Shown in pieces: positions 20,218 through 30,525 of a stretch of 64,000 nucleotides of DNA. A model generated the notes under the pieces. That model was not told where the DNA came from. It ran no database searches and worked only from the letters and a program-made list of their open reading frames with translations. The translations under genes were made by a program, and so were the position numbers. This DNA is from a virus (taxonomy: Duplodnaviria > Caudoviricetes), in IMG/VR virus record IMGVR_UViG_3300048854_000081, positions 96,001 through 160,000 of that record; one strand, given 5' to 3'. Numbering within the stretch: the stretch's first letter is position 1; each line of letters starts with the position of its first letter.

Positions 20218-23200
20218 ATGGCAATTATAACCTTCGACAACTTTAAATTTGACAATACCGCTGCGGCGATACCTGCAACAAATTGGGGTGTTTTCACTAG
20301 TGCTGGCTCTACTTTTGCCAATGCATTTACAAAAAATGGCTATTCATCTAGTGGTTTAGATTTATCTATCACCACGACTGGTGCCGTGGCTCACGGTTCA
20401 TCATATGTAGCAAAATCGAATATAACTCAAAATAATACAAATATTATTACACCAGCGGCAAATTTTAGTGGCCCTCGTCTAGCATTAGGATTTAGTGTTT
20501 CTAAATATCCTCAGAGTGGTTCAATGACCATTGAACCACAATTGACTTCGGATATGACACCATACATTGGTACGAACTCGACTGCCGTTTACAACGGCGA
20601 TGGTTCGCATATGATTGTCAGTAGATATAATAGCGCCACCTCACAGGGAATCGTAGAACTTTGGGTAAGAAATACTGGTGGGAGCAATGCATATACATTT
20701 ATCACACAACTTCTCATTCTACCCAATGCCACAGGATTTTCAACAATAAGATTTTCTCAGGATGGTTTATATTGGGCTATCGCATATAGCGTAACTGGTG
20801 GTTCATCGTTGTTCATCTTTAAAAGATCAGGACCAACTACAAATGCATATAACCAAGTTTTCACCTCAACTGGATTATCCGGTTCTGCAACTTCATTGGC
20901 TTGGAATAGCGGTGGAAGTGTTATCGTGGGTACTGGTCTCAGCCCATTCGTTTATTTTTTCTTTAAAAACAGTTCAAGTGATGCATGGACTAAAACCCCA
21001 AATCCCAGCACATTACCTGCAACTACAGTTAACGCCGTCACTGGCGGAACTGATAGTATTGTTGGTGTAATATGTTCTGCTGGATCATTTGTGTATCTCT
21101 ACAGTATTGGTAGTACATCTGCACCATCATTCATAGGGTCCACCTTTACTGGACTTAGTAACCCTATCGGTTTTGACATGAATAACTCTCTTGTTACTGT
21201 TATCGGGACTAATACAGCACCATTCATAAAAATATATACGAATACTGCTGGTGCAACTTTGTCTTTCCCCGATACCCTTGTGAGACAGCCTACGACTATT
21301 AAATTTAATCCCGAAGGTACTATGTTTACCATTGCATATAATACCGATGGTTTCGCTCCGGCTACTTATAAATTGTCTGGTAATCCCCTATCTGTGGTTA
21401 ATGTTGGAACAACACCATTACCATCAGTAGGAACTAAAGACATCGTTTTTAGTGCAGATAATAACTATACCGCACTATCTGTATCCACAGCCAGTGCATC
21501 TACACAAGGATTCTACACTTTTGATAATCAAGTAAACGTTATTGCTACTATATCACCGGGTATGGTCGAAGGAAGCACATCTTCAGATAATTATGGTTAT
21601 TCTGGTGGTACTTCGCGTTTTTCAATTACCGTACAAGATGAATTTCTAGGTCTTAGATATTATTCCGCTAATACTGGTGGCGTGTATCCTGTTGGTAGAG
21701 CAATTTCTTCAAGAGCAGTAGGATTTGTTGACAATAATTTTACTAATGCATATATCGAATGGTACTTGAATAACAGTAACACTTCTACACTAACAACTAC
21801 CTCTGCATTATATCTAAATGGTACGCCCGTTACAGTTCAGGTTGCGCTTACCGGAACTACCTCTATGTTACCAGCGACCGATTTCTCTTCATTTTTTAGT
21901 GGAAATGTGTCCGTTTCATTTAAACGAGATATTAACGTATCATCTGCCACTACCTTAAATTGTGTTGTTAGTGATTTCTATATGCTGGACGCCTCTGGTC
22001 CAATAAATACTGCGCCATTAGGTGTGTGCTCTGTGGTACAAGAACCACTTCTCTCAGATAAATCTAAGCAGTGGACCTCTACTGGTCCTAATAGTTATAG
22101 TGTACTTTCTAATAATCCACCTGATCCATCTGCATACGTGTCTTCTAACACAATTGGAGCTACGGATATCATCAATTTAGATAATACATTTAATACAAAT
22201 GCGTATGCATCTAAGATAAGCATAAAAGCAAAGGTGACTTCCCCAACTTCGTCAACTGGGTTGACTTTGGTTGATGGTGATAATTTAAACGTGTTAAATA
22301 CCCGATTGACTCCGGCGTTTAAAGAATACAATTATACGAGTGAACTCCATTCAACTTATGTTGCGGCAGCTACTACCACTATTGGCGGACAGATTGTCAT
22401 CCTTAAATTGGCACCAAAATCTGCAACACCAACTCAATTACCAGTGATAGGATTGTCTTCAACTGGAACTGGAAATGCTACTGCTATGGTGGCTGATGGT
22501 TCAGTCGCAGCTTTAGGTTTAGTCAATACCGCAGCACCTTATGTTCAAATTTTTAATAGAAAAAACGATGTTTATACTGCTACATCACAGACATTTCCTG
22601 ACATAACAACTGCCGTTGCTTTGCTTGAATATTCGTATGATGGTAAATATCTTGCAATTCGTCAAGGTACTCCTAACTCAACGGTAACTATATACTCTGT
22701 GGTAGGGGATGTTTATACTAAAATTACAGATTTATCTACAACTGCTGCCATTACAGCTATTAAATTCTCAAAGGGCGGAAAATATCTATTCGTGGGGACC
22801 AATACAGGTTCAACAGCAAATAAAATATATTCTATTAATTCCTCAACCAATACATTTACTCCATTAACCTCACCTGTAACAGCATCTATTTCTTGTATGG
22901 ACACTGTTATAGATTTAACCCAAACAGTTGAATATGTTTTGTTTGGTCTTAATACCTCTCCATGGCTAGCTATGTATAAAATAAATAATAATGATACCTT
23001 TACAGCAGCTACAGTAACTACACAGTCGTTGATTACCCAAAATCCAACTTCAGTGGCATTTTCTACCATGTTGACACCAACATCGAATGCAAATATATCT
23101 ATTATACAAAACTCTACAACAAACACCGGATTAGCAACGGCATATGTAACCGCAACAAATACGCTTGCATCTGCGACCAGTGCAGGCCAAGCAGCGTCCA

Positions 23201-23427
23201 CTACTGCAAAGCTTTACAAATCTGTGTCTAAAAATGCCTTTGCTATTCTTGCTCCAACCAGTGGTGGTGCTCTTACATATACATACGTTGGCAGTTTACC
23301 ACTTAATTCAGGTATTCCAGTAGTCGCAGGACCATTTTTTACATTATCCACATTAGTCAATACTTCTATATCTATGGCTGAGTTGGTTGAAAACTACAAC
23401 ACTATCGGCTATACCTATACCCTATAA
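20218..23427 (+). CDS. Tail fibre/receptor-binding protein with beta-propeller repeats
   Basis: FSQDG, FNPEG, YSYDGKYL and FSKGGKYL blades; Ser/Thr/Asn-rich; late promoter at 20194. Confidence 0.65.
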   Translation: MAIITFDNFKFDNTAAAIPATNWGVFTSAGSTFANAFTKNGYSSSGLDLSITTTGAVAHGSSYVAKSNITQNNTNIITPAANFSGPRLALGFSVSKYPQSGSMTIEPQLTSDMTPYIGTNSTAVYNGDGSHMIVSRYNSATSQGIVELWVRNTGGSNAYTFITQLLILPNATGFSTIRFSQDGLYWAIAYSVTGGSSLFIFKRSGPTTNAYNQVFTSTGLSGSATSLAWNSGGSVIVGTGLSPFVYFFFKNSSSDAWTKTPNPSTLPATTVNAVTGGTDSIVGVICSAGSFVYLYSIGSTSAPSFIGSTFTGLSNPIGFDMNNSLVTVIGTNTAPFIKIYTNTAGATLSFPDTLVRQPTTIKFNPEGTMFTIAYNTDGFAPATYKLSGNPLSVVNVGTTPLPSVGTKDIVFSADNNYTALSVSTASASTQGFYTFDNQVNVIATISPGMVEGSTSSDNYGYSGGTSRFSITVQDEFLGLRYYSANTGGVYPVGRAISSRAVGFVDNNFTNAYIEWYLNNSNTSTLTTTSALYLNGTPVTVQVALTGTTSMLPATDFSSFFSGNVSVSFKRDINVSSATTLNCVVSDFYMLDASGPINTAPLGVCSVVQEPLLSDKSKQWTSTGPNSYSVLSNNPPDPSAYVSSNTIGATDIINLDNTFNTNAYASKISIKAKVTSPTSSTGLTLVDGDNLNVLNTRLTPAFKEYNYTSELHSTYVAAATTTIGGQIVILKLAPKSATPTQLPVIGLSSTGTGNATAMVADGSVAALGLVNTAAPYVQIFNRKNDVYTATSQTFPDITTAVALLEYSYDGKYLAIRQGTPNSTVTIYSVVGDVYTKITDLSTTAAITAIKFSKGGKYLFVGTNTGSTANKIYSINSSTNTFTPLTSPVTASISCMDTVIDLTQTVEYVLFGLNTSPWLAMYKINNNDTFTAATVTTQSLITQNPTSVAFSTMLTPTSNANISIIQNSTTNTGLATAYVTATNTLASATSAGQAASTTAKLYKSVSKNAFAILAPTSGGALTYTYVGSLPLNSGIPVVAGPFFTLSTLVNTSISMAELVENYNTIGYTYTL

Positions 23428-23436
23428 GGAAATATT

Positions 23437-24309
23437 ATGAAATACGCTTACAGAAAGGTTTACACGGTTGATAATGGATATAATACTCTATTACCTACCA
23501 CTGGTGATTCACCAACATATGATCCCAATGCTCATTATGATTGGTATTCTGATGTCCATGGTCCATTGGGATTTGCCTTAATTACTCTCAATGGGTATGC
23601 TGGATTAGCAGACGGTGATACCTATATCGTGGTTTCTTATGATGACGCTGATGTCACCCTAGATGACTATGATCCATCTGTTATACATGTCTCAAAGTAC
23701 ACAGTAGTGTATTCATGCGTGACGCCAGATGACACGTTTAAAAGTTATTTTGATTTTACACAGTTGACTTCTCTTGGCGCATTTATGTGGGGATATTACA
23801 TTCAAAATTATGATGACGTAATTGATTATGTAACAAATCAACAGGACATGTCTAATTGGGTAACGTCTGTTAGATCAACCGATGCGGCTCGTTTTAAGCC
23901 ATTGATTGTAGATCAGGATTGGATTTATTATTGGGCAACACAGTTGGATGATATTTCATTTTTACCATTGTTGACTAATCAAGAGTATATTTTCAGCTAT
24001 TCACAAATTTTCCCTGATAGAAAAGATATGATCAAAGATATGTTGACCGATCCTTATTGGATTGGATTATTTAATCAAATATTCCCTGATGATCCTATCA
24101 TTACTGCAACGCCTACTCCAACACCAACTTTTACACCTGAAGCAAGCGGTTTACAGACTCCTACACCAACACCTTCACCAGAAGTAGAGCCAACGCCTGA
24201 ACCTTCAGTTGACGTTACACCAACTCCATCGTCATCCGAAGTAGAACCTGAACTTTCAGTGACACCTACACCATCCGTAACAGCAACACCTTCTTCAACA
24301 GAAGGTTAA
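23437..24309 (+). CDS. Hypothetical protein with C-terminal Thr/Pro/Glu tail (possible fibre-associated protein)
   Basis: Follows the fibre gene with an AAGGA RBS; ends in TPTPTPTF...EPTPEPSV. Confidence 0.55.
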   Translation: MKYAYRKVYTVDNGYNTLLPTTGDSPTYDPNAHYDWYSDVHGPLGFALITLNGYAGLADGDTYIVVSYDDADVTLDDYDPSVIHVSKYTVVYSCVTPDDTFKSYFDFTQLTSLGAFMWGYYIQNYDDVIDYVTNQQDMSNWVTSVRSTDAARFKPLIVDQDWIYYWATQLDDISFLPLLTNQEYIFSYSQIFPDRKDMIKDMLTDPYWIGLFNQIFPDDPIITATPTPTPTFTPEASGLQTPTPTPSPEVEPTPEPSVDVTPTPSSSEVEPELSVTPTPSVTATPSSTEG

Positions 24310-24312
24310 AAG

Positions 24313-24339
24313 AAAAGGGAGCCGGAAGGCTCCCTTTTT
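24313..24339. terminator. Bidirectional intrinsic terminator
   Basis: AAAAGGGAGCC-GGAA-GGCTCCCTTTTT between convergent genes. Confidence 0.85.
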
Positions 24340-25271
24340 CATACTGCCATTTTTGGCTTATTCTTAAAATCCGGATGTGCTTCGTATTCAGTAGTAAAGA
24401 TAAAATCCTCATACTCTAAATTGAATAGATCATCAAGTGTCTTGATATCTTTTACAATCTCTAGCTTTGGCAGTTCATACGGTTCACGTAATACTTGATC
24501 TGATGCCATTTCGATTTGATTATCATAAATGTGGACATCGTTACCAAAATAAGCCAGATGACCCGATTCCAGACCAAGATATTTGGCAAAAGCCATGTTA
24601 AGCAATGCATAGCCCATAAAATTGAATGGTCCGCCATAGAGCCAATCATGTGAACGCATCACAAAAGATGAGTTGAGCTTGCCATCAAGAATCTGATATT
24701 GATTGTACAAATGGCATGGTGGGAGAGCCATTTCATGTAGCTGTTGAGGGTTCCATCCCGAAATGATATGGCGACGACCATTTGGGTCTTTCTTCATACC
24801 TTCAAGAATGGCGATTACCTGATCTACACCGCTATCATCATTCTTACGAAAATTCTTATTTCTTGGATCATTAGGATTCATCTTACCCGGATCAAAATAA
24901 GGCATATCATAATCACCACCAAAATTACGCCACTGGAAACCGTAACCTTTACCCATGTGACCTTCAGGAAGATATGTCAGTCCGCGATTATCAAGAAATT
25001 CTCTGGTGGTATTACCCTTCCAAATATTGATCTTCTTGGCTTCCAGCTTCTTCGTATCAGTTTCACCACGTAGCATCCACCACGTTTCCTCAAATGCGAT
25101 ACGGAAGGATGTCTTACGCGTTGTAGTGATCGGGAAGCCGTCAGCTAGATCGATGTCTATCATGGCTCCCCAAATGGCTCTAGAGCCTACTCCGGTACGG
25201 TCTGGACGATCTACACCTGTCTCTAAGATACGCTTCATCGTATCCAAATATTGTCTATCAAAACTATTCAT
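24339..25271 (-). CDS. thyA: Thymidylate synthase
   Basis: DRTGVG, YGFQWR, MALPPCH, RSHD...PFN, DVHIY. Confidence 0.96.
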   Translation of the reverse strand: MNSFDRQYLDTMKRILETGVDRPDRTGVGSRAIWGAMIDIDLADGFPITTTRKTSFRIAFEETWWMLRGETDTKKLEAKKINIWKGNTTREFLDNRGLTYLPEGHMGKGYGFQWRNFGGDYDMPYFDPGKMNPNDPRNKNFRKNDDSGVDQVIAILEGMKKDPNGRRHIISGWNPQQLHEMALPPCHLYNQYQILDGKLNSSFVMRSHDWLYGGPFNFMGYALLNMAFAKYLGLESGHLAYFGNDVHIYDNQIEMASDQVLREPYELPKLEIVKDIKTLDDLFNLEYEDFIFTTEYEAHPDFKNKPKMAV

Positions 25272-25499
25272 TCATTTTTTCTCATATTTTTTCTTAATAA
25301 AGGAATCTACTTTTTCGTAACCCCTTTCTTCGGACTCTAGTGAGAATCCTCTATATTCAACCTCAGCAGGATAGACTTCGTTAATAGTACCATCACTATT
25401 TTGTGAGATTACTATTGCGACACCAAACGTATGCAATATACGGTTTATCCACCACAATAACCCACTATCCTGTAACTCTTTCCACGTCATCTTTTTCAT
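25272..25499 (-). CDS. Hypothetical phage protein
   Basis: 75-aa ORF abutting thyA; SGLLWWINRILHTFG. Confidence 0.65.
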   Translation of the reverse strand: MKKMTWKELQDSGLLWWINRILHTFGVAIVISQNSDGTINEVYPAEVEYRGFSLESEERGYEKVDSFIKKKYEKK

Positions 25500-25702
25500 A
25501 ATATCACTATATCTTTTACGTCTTTCAAATAATCAGTATCTCTAAATAGTTCCCCTTTTGAACAGGAACAATATGCTAAGAGACGATATTTGTCATGCCA
25601 TGCACACGACATATCAATAACCCCATTGTCTCCACAAGTCTCACATGCTACAGGAAGATCATAATGAGTATCTAATAGGTGGTCCCATCTATTGTTAGGC
25701 AT
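25496..25702 (-). CDS. Small Cys-rich hypothetical protein
   Basis: CxxC...CxC; overlaps both neighbours at its start and stop codons. Confidence 0.55.
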   Translation of the reverse strand: MPNNRWDHLLDTHYDLPVACETCGDNGVIDMSCAWHDKYRLLAYCSCSKGELFRDTDYLKDVKDIVIL

Positions 25703-26034
25703 TAGTCAAACACCGCGTCCCAACAACCACCTTTATAGAATGGATCATCTTCAGTAATGTTGATTACAGGAAATAGATCAATTAGTCGCTGCCTCAATGG
25801 TCCACACTTGATGTCCGATGGCATATAGCCTGTAACATCAGCATGATCGACATAATGATTTACATCACATTCCGAATAGGTTTCTTCGCCGATTTCATAC
25901 GGACTATCAAACTCATCCGTTGATTCAATCAATGCTGCAATGGCATCCCTATGTTCTTTCGACATAGGGATGTAAAAGTTCCACGTTTCACCTTCGTAAT
26001 CATTATGCTCAACAAACATATAATAGTTGGTCAT
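25702..26034 (-). CDS. Hypothetical acidic phage protein
   Basis: 110-aa ORF translationally coupled to its neighbours. Confidence 0.6.
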   Translation of the reverse strand: MTNYYMFVEHNDYEGETWNFYIPMSKEHRDAIAALIESTDEFDSPYEIGEETYSECDVNHYVDHADVTGYMPSDIKCGPLRQRLIDLFPVINITEDDPFYKGGCWDAVFD

Positions 26035-27254
26035 GGTCTATCCTTAAAGGTTAACTTGCTTATGACATATCTTTTCGTACTGAAAGTATACAACACTTCG
26101 TAGAGTTGCCCATCAAAGTCATGTAGAGATTGTGAAATCCCGGCACTCATGGAGTGTGTGTCATACAATCTACTATCTTCGCTTAGTTTATCAAGCATTA
26201 TAGCTTCATCTTCCAAGGATAATCTGTCATAGGAAAATGAATACAAAATAGTATTATAAACTAACCCAAGAACGTTTTGACCCTCGGCTTCAATGGTTTC
26301 ATCCATAAAATCATTCCAATCTCTTTCCATACTTTCAGGAGTTGAATTGAAGGAATATGTTCTTATGATATAGGACTTAAGTCCGGCCATAAACTGACCT
26401 AGCTTCTTGCCATGTAGGCCGGTTGCATTGGCAACAATATCACCATTGTAATACTTCTTAAATTCAAGACTCTTCTCAAATTCCTTAGTAGCACTGGCAA
26501 CTTCAGCATCGAACTCCGGTCCAAAGAATTCGATAGCACGCTGATAATGAGCATCCCGCTCTTCGACAGTTAACTTAGGTCTATCTTCCAAGCCCTTTTC
26601 CTGAATGTAAGCAATCATCTTCTGATACATCTTGCGCTTGGAATTGCGAACACGGTCATTGTGTGACTGATCTTCCAGCGTAAAGTAAGCAGGATTGAAT
26701 AGTGGACTGCCGGCTGCATAAGCAAAGATTTCATCTTCGGTCTCAAATCCTTCCAGCCACGATTCATAGTCATAGCCAAGGAATTCTAAGATTTTCTTAG
26801 TGTCTCTAGATATGATGATGGATTTCTTGAAGTGATCACCCAAACGAAGCTCATAGACAAGACCATCATGACCATATTTCAGGTTGATGGAACGAGCCGT
26901 ACGACCGATGAAGTTACCAAGGTCATTCCAGCAAAAATAGCTCCATGCTGGTAGGAAATCGTCACTACTCATCGAGATAAAGTCTACCTGTACTCCTTTG
27001 AATTCAAAGGAGAAGAACATGTTGTTGTGATAGACAGTCTTAGGATTTATACGTTCCATGACTAAGGCTGGCACATCAATACCAGCGTTTTCCACCACGA
27101 TATCGATATCACCGAAGTCTTTCTTTTGATAAAAAGCTCGGACAGCCTTCATCTTTAGCTGAGGGAATAGACCCTGAAGCTCTTCGCACAGTTCAAAATA
27201 CTCGGATCGAGGAATTCTGCGTGCGTCTTTAATTGCGTTGCCGCCCATATCCAT
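26031..27254 (-). CDS. Pol-beta superfamily nucleotidyltransferase
   Basis: KDFGDIDIVV (GDxD) and VQVDFI catalytic motifs; GDIV...GLHGKKLGQF resembles CCA-enzyme tails. Confidence 0.7.
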   Translation of the reverse strand: MDMGGNAIKDARRIPRSEYFELCEELQGLFPQLKMKAVRAFYQKKDFGDIDIVVENAGIDVPALVMERINPKTVYHNNMFFSFEFKGVQVDFISMSSDDFLPAWSYFCWNDLGNFIGRTARSINLKYGHDGLVYELRLGDHFKKSIIISRDTKKILEFLGYDYESWLEGFETEDEIFAYAAGSPLFNPAYFTLEDQSHNDRVRNSKRKMYQKMIAYIQEKGLEDRPKLTVEERDAHYQRAIEFFGPEFDAEVASATKEFEKSLEFKKYYNGDIVANATGLHGKKLGQFMAGLKSYIIRTYSFNSTPESMERDWNDFMDETIEAEGQNVLGLVYNTILYSFSYDRLSLEDEAIMLDKLSEDSRLYDTHSMSAGISQSLHDFDGQLYEVLYTFSTKRYVISKLTFKDRP

Positions 27255-27332
27255 GTTCCTTTTCAGTAGATAAGTAAAAACTCATTTGCTTTGATGCAGA
27301 TAAATACAGATTATATTGGAGTTCTTACCCAC

Positions 27333-28532
27333 ATGTCAAATGATTCAGTAAATGTCAGCATCCTAGGTCACGTACACGCCATTGAGCGCATCGCTGGCCG
27401 TCCTGACAAAGTTATGTTAGACAAATACAATGCCATCCATCCACAGAATATGGCACGCGTGATCGCACGCGCACTTGCTCATGAACCAAACTCGTCTATC
27501 TGGCGTCTAGCCCTAGGTAACGGTGGTACCACTTGGGCTTCCGATGGTTCTGTTATTTTTAAAACTCCAAACGATGGTAGTGATGGTAGTGGCTGGGAAT
27601 CCCGTCTCTACAACGAAACATACTCTGAAATCGTAGATGACACTAGTGCCCTTGTCGGTACTGATCCGGGTTCCGCTGACGCTAATAACGTCCGTCCGGG
27701 TGGTGGTGCTGATCCTTCTGACGATCCAGCCCCCGACAGTACAGTTTCACAGGAAGTTGGTACAAAATCCAATGTCGTTATTACCATGTATCTTAACGAA
27801 AATGAACCTACTGGTGAACTTCCAAACATGACCGATCCATCCCAAGGAACGGCAGACTTATTTTTTGACTTCAATGAACTTGGCTTATATTCCTCTGGTA
27901 AGCAAGCTCGTGACTCTTCCGGCTACAGTTCGGTCAATGTAGGCAACAAGACCTCTGCGGACGTCTCTACGCTAGCCCAAAGCACATCCTACAACGTGTC
28001 TATGATTGTTAATGGAACCGTCTACACGGCTGTCCTACGCACTCCTACATCGGGTACTGGCACGGGCGGATCAATCACTTACGGTGACATCTGTGAAGGT
28101 ATCAACGGTGGTTCATGGATTATCAGCGGCGATCCAATCAATAACTTTATCTATGTTTACATCACCGACGATTCCAATGGTGATTATCCTTCTATCCTAG
28201 GTAAGCAGTCTTATGGTTATTTGAACTTCGAAAGCAAGGTTGCCGGTTCTCTCTCGACAGTCAGCCTATCATGTACCTCAGGTTCGGTTAACGATTTCTT
28301 CAATAACTTGGTCTCTGGTATCTGTGGTAACGTCAACTATGTCGTCGTTCCGGGTCAGGCGGCTGGTGTGGCTAACGACTCCGTTAATCCGGGTAATGAG
28401 CGTGAAAGACTATTGACTCACCTGATCTTCTCTCCATTGAGAAAGACCAAGGGGAGTCAGATTATCATCACGTATACTCTGACAGTCTCGGTAAATCCGA
28501 CCACGACATCTATCGTCAACGAACTAGCCTAA
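27333..28532 (+). CDS. Virion structural (baseplate/tail) protein
   Basis: TAAATA at 27301 and GGAG RBS before ATG 27333; NAIHPQNM...ALGNGGT...FNELGLY...LTHLIF pattern of baseplate/fibre-attachment proteins. Confidence 0.6.
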   Translation: MSNDSVNVSILGHVHAIERIAGRPDKVMLDKYNAIHPQNMARVIARALAHEPNSSIWRLALGNGGTTWASDGSVIFKTPNDGSDGSGWESRLYNETYSEIVDDTSALVGTDPGSADANNVRPGGGADPSDDPAPDSTVSQEVGTKSNVVITMYLNENEPTGELPNMTDPSQGTADLFFDFNELGLYSSGKQARDSSGYSSVNVGNKTSADVSTLAQSTSYNVSMIVNGTVYTAVLRTPTSGTGTGGSITYGDICEGINGGSWIISGDPINNFIYVYITDDSNGDYPSILGKQSYGYLNFESKVAGSLSTVSLSCTSGSVNDFFNNLVSGICGNVNYVVVPGQAAGVANDSVNPGNERERLLTHLIFSPLRKTKGSQIIITYTLTVSVNPTTTSIVNELA

Positions 28533-28534
28533 GA

Positions 28535-28560
28535 AAAAGCCCACCTTATAGGTGGGCTTT
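28535..28560. terminator. Intrinsic terminator between convergent genes
   Basis: AAAAAGCCCACC-TTATA-GGTGGGCTTT. Confidence 0.7.
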
Positions 28561-29133
28561 CAACTTCTGGACGATGGCTCTAATTCTGTCCATACCGCCT
28601 TCATTCCAATGCTCACAAGCAGCATCGAGCATGTCGAACCGCTCCTTCCACATGGAAGGACGTTGCCAGTCAGGCGTGTGAACGATATAGCCTAGATTAT
28701 GTAAGAGAATAGAGCGAATTTCATCAACCGTGACGTTCTTTCCTTCCATGGTCTCGGCAAGGATATTCTCCAAGGCAACAATCTTGAATTCATCCATAAG
28801 ATGATCCATATTCTTAAACAGGGTCTTACCATCAGGTAAAACCTCTACCTGCGTCCAGTCTCGTCCAAAATCGTTTAACTTCAGACAATCCATATTGTCT
28901 TGGCTCGTGTAAAGGAGCATATGGCTCGTATCATGTAAAAACATTCTACGTAGCCATCTTGTCGTGTTGAATCGCTTAATGTCATACCATGTCTTGTGGT
29001 TGATGAGGGTTACCTCATTATTTTCAACACTATATGCATGGACAGGACGGTAGCGTAGCCATTTATATGTGACTGGGAGTCCTGCCAGAACTGTCCCGTC
29101 ATAAATTGAATTTTTAACGTGTACGGTTTTCAT
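28546..29133 (-). CDS. Hypothetical protein (probably early)
   Basis: ATG at 29133 preceded by GGGAG; has its own sigma70-like promoter. Confidence 0.65.
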   Translation of the reverse strand: MKTVHVKNSIYDGTVLAGLPVTYKWLRYRPVHAYSVENNEVTLINHKTWYDIKRFNTTRWLRRMFLHDTSHMLLYTSQDNMDCLKLNDFGRDWTQVEVLPDGKTLFKNMDHLMDEFKIVALENILAETMEGKNVTVDEIRSILLHNLGYIVHTPDWQRPSMWKERFDMLDAACEHWNEGGMDRIRAIVQKLKAHL

Positions 29134-29134
29134 G

Positions 29135-29178
29135 TGAACTCCCACAATATAGGTTTTGGAGTATATTGTGGGAGTTCA
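29135..29178. repeat. Perfect 17-bp inverted repeat with 10-nt loop
   Basis: TGAACTCCCACAATATA (29135-29151) / TATATTGTGGGAGTTCA (29162-29178). Confidence 0.95.
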
Positions 29179-29189
29179 ATCCATGTCAA
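29160..29189 (-). promoter_or_regulatory. Sigma70-type promoter TTGACA-N18-TATACT
   Basis: -35 TTGACA at 29189-29184 and -10 TATACT at 29165-29160 on the minus strand. Confidence 0.7.
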
Positions 29190-29193
29190 ACTT

Positions 29194-29586
29194 TTAAACG
29201 GTTAGCTCTTTGAATGCTTCGAAGGTGAATCCTTCACCAAACGGAGCCAGTAATGGCTTAATAAATTTCTCCATGTCACTCTCAGATGAGCGATGACGTA
29301 AGAAGTTGATACGCTGGCGAACGTCTACAAGAGCACCTTCAGAGAAGATGACACTAGGGTCACGCTTGCGGATTAAGGCGTAGACGTAGTGATGGATGGC
29401 CTTGAGGTCAGACTCCCAGCGATAGCCACTGACTTGCTTGGCCTTCTCACCACCCCAAATCCATTCGTTAAAGTGCGTATCGACCTTGTACTTCTTGTGA
29501 CGGCCATCTGCGATAAACTTCTTCCACGATGCGCGGATAGCAAGGAACTGTTCTTTGGTAAAAATTGAGGTTTCGTTAGTATTCAT
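29194..29586 (-). CDS. Hypothetical protein downstream of the HD-Pth2 gene
   Basis: AAGGA RBS; HHYVYALIRKR motif. Confidence 0.7.
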   Translation of the reverse strand: MNTNETSIFTKEQFLAIRASWKKFIADGRHKKYKVDTHFNEWIWGGEKAKQVSGYRWESDLKAIHHYVYALIRKRDPSVIFSEGALVDVRQRINFLRHRSSESDMEKFIKPLLAPFGEGFTFEAFKELTV

Positions 29587-29598
29587 GGTTTATTTTCC

Positions 29599-30465
29599 TT
29601 ATTTGAGTAGTTGAAATCTTGAAAACGCTTTACGATCTTTGCCGATAAGTGGACGGGAGGCCAGTGCGGTCGCCTGATTACCAATATCGGGTTCCTTAAA
29701 AATAGTGTAATCGATGCCCTGCGCCGCGAGTTCGTCAGCACACTTCATCAACTTTGCTTCACTCTTGATGGAGCAGAGGATCACCGAAGGGTGTTCATCA
29801 CCATCTTTAAGAAATTTTCTCCCCGACTCGATGGCAGCATGAGACGCCTGCACGGCCTGTTGGGCGGGGCTGAGGTCATTGCGCACGAGGACATACATGT
29901 AAGCATGATCGAAGAGCTTCTTACAGATTTGCTTGCCAAGCTTTTCAAGCTTCTTAAACTTGATCTTGAAGCTGTCAGACTCGATACCACCAAACATATT
30001 GGCGTTCGAATGCAACTCTGCGAGAGCCGTGATCATGAGGGTGCAGAGGTCTTTTGTGGAAAGATTCTGTGACAGGATGTCGTCCGCCTTCAGGGTATGG
30101 AAATCCATATCATGTTCGATCAAAGTCGAAATGACTGGGCGATTCGGGAAGAGAGTATCCCAAATTTCCTTAGACTGATTAGCGTGATCGGGGAAATGCT
30201 GCTTACCATCTGCGTCAACAGTGCGACAAAACGGCTTACCGATGTCGTGCCAGATGTTGTAATGCCTGATGGTCTTATAATCGTGAAGGTTACCAAGAAT
30301 CTGATCTTGATAGTCAGTAAACCATTGCGGTAAACGGAAGCCTTCTGTATCGCCAGAGATAAGGCGACGGGTATAACTCCAAACACTCAAACCATGCTGA
30401 ATAATGCTCTGGTTCTTGGCCTGCTTGGTGGCCTTCATGCTGTTAATGGTCTATGCAAGGTTCAT
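29599..30465 (-). CDS. HD-domain phosphohydrolase fused to a Pth2-like peptidyl-tRNA hydrolase; start at 30465 with an in-frame TAG at codon 5, or at 30438
   Basis: QHG...WHDIGKP...FPDHA...HDMDFH HD domain; YVLVRNDLSPAQQAVQASHA...FKEPDIGNQATALA Pth2-like domain. Confidence 0.75.
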
Positions 30466-30525
30466 TGTCGTATTTCCTTTGTTGGGTTGTGACCGGAACA
30501 TTCCGGATCGAGGTCTAATATACAG

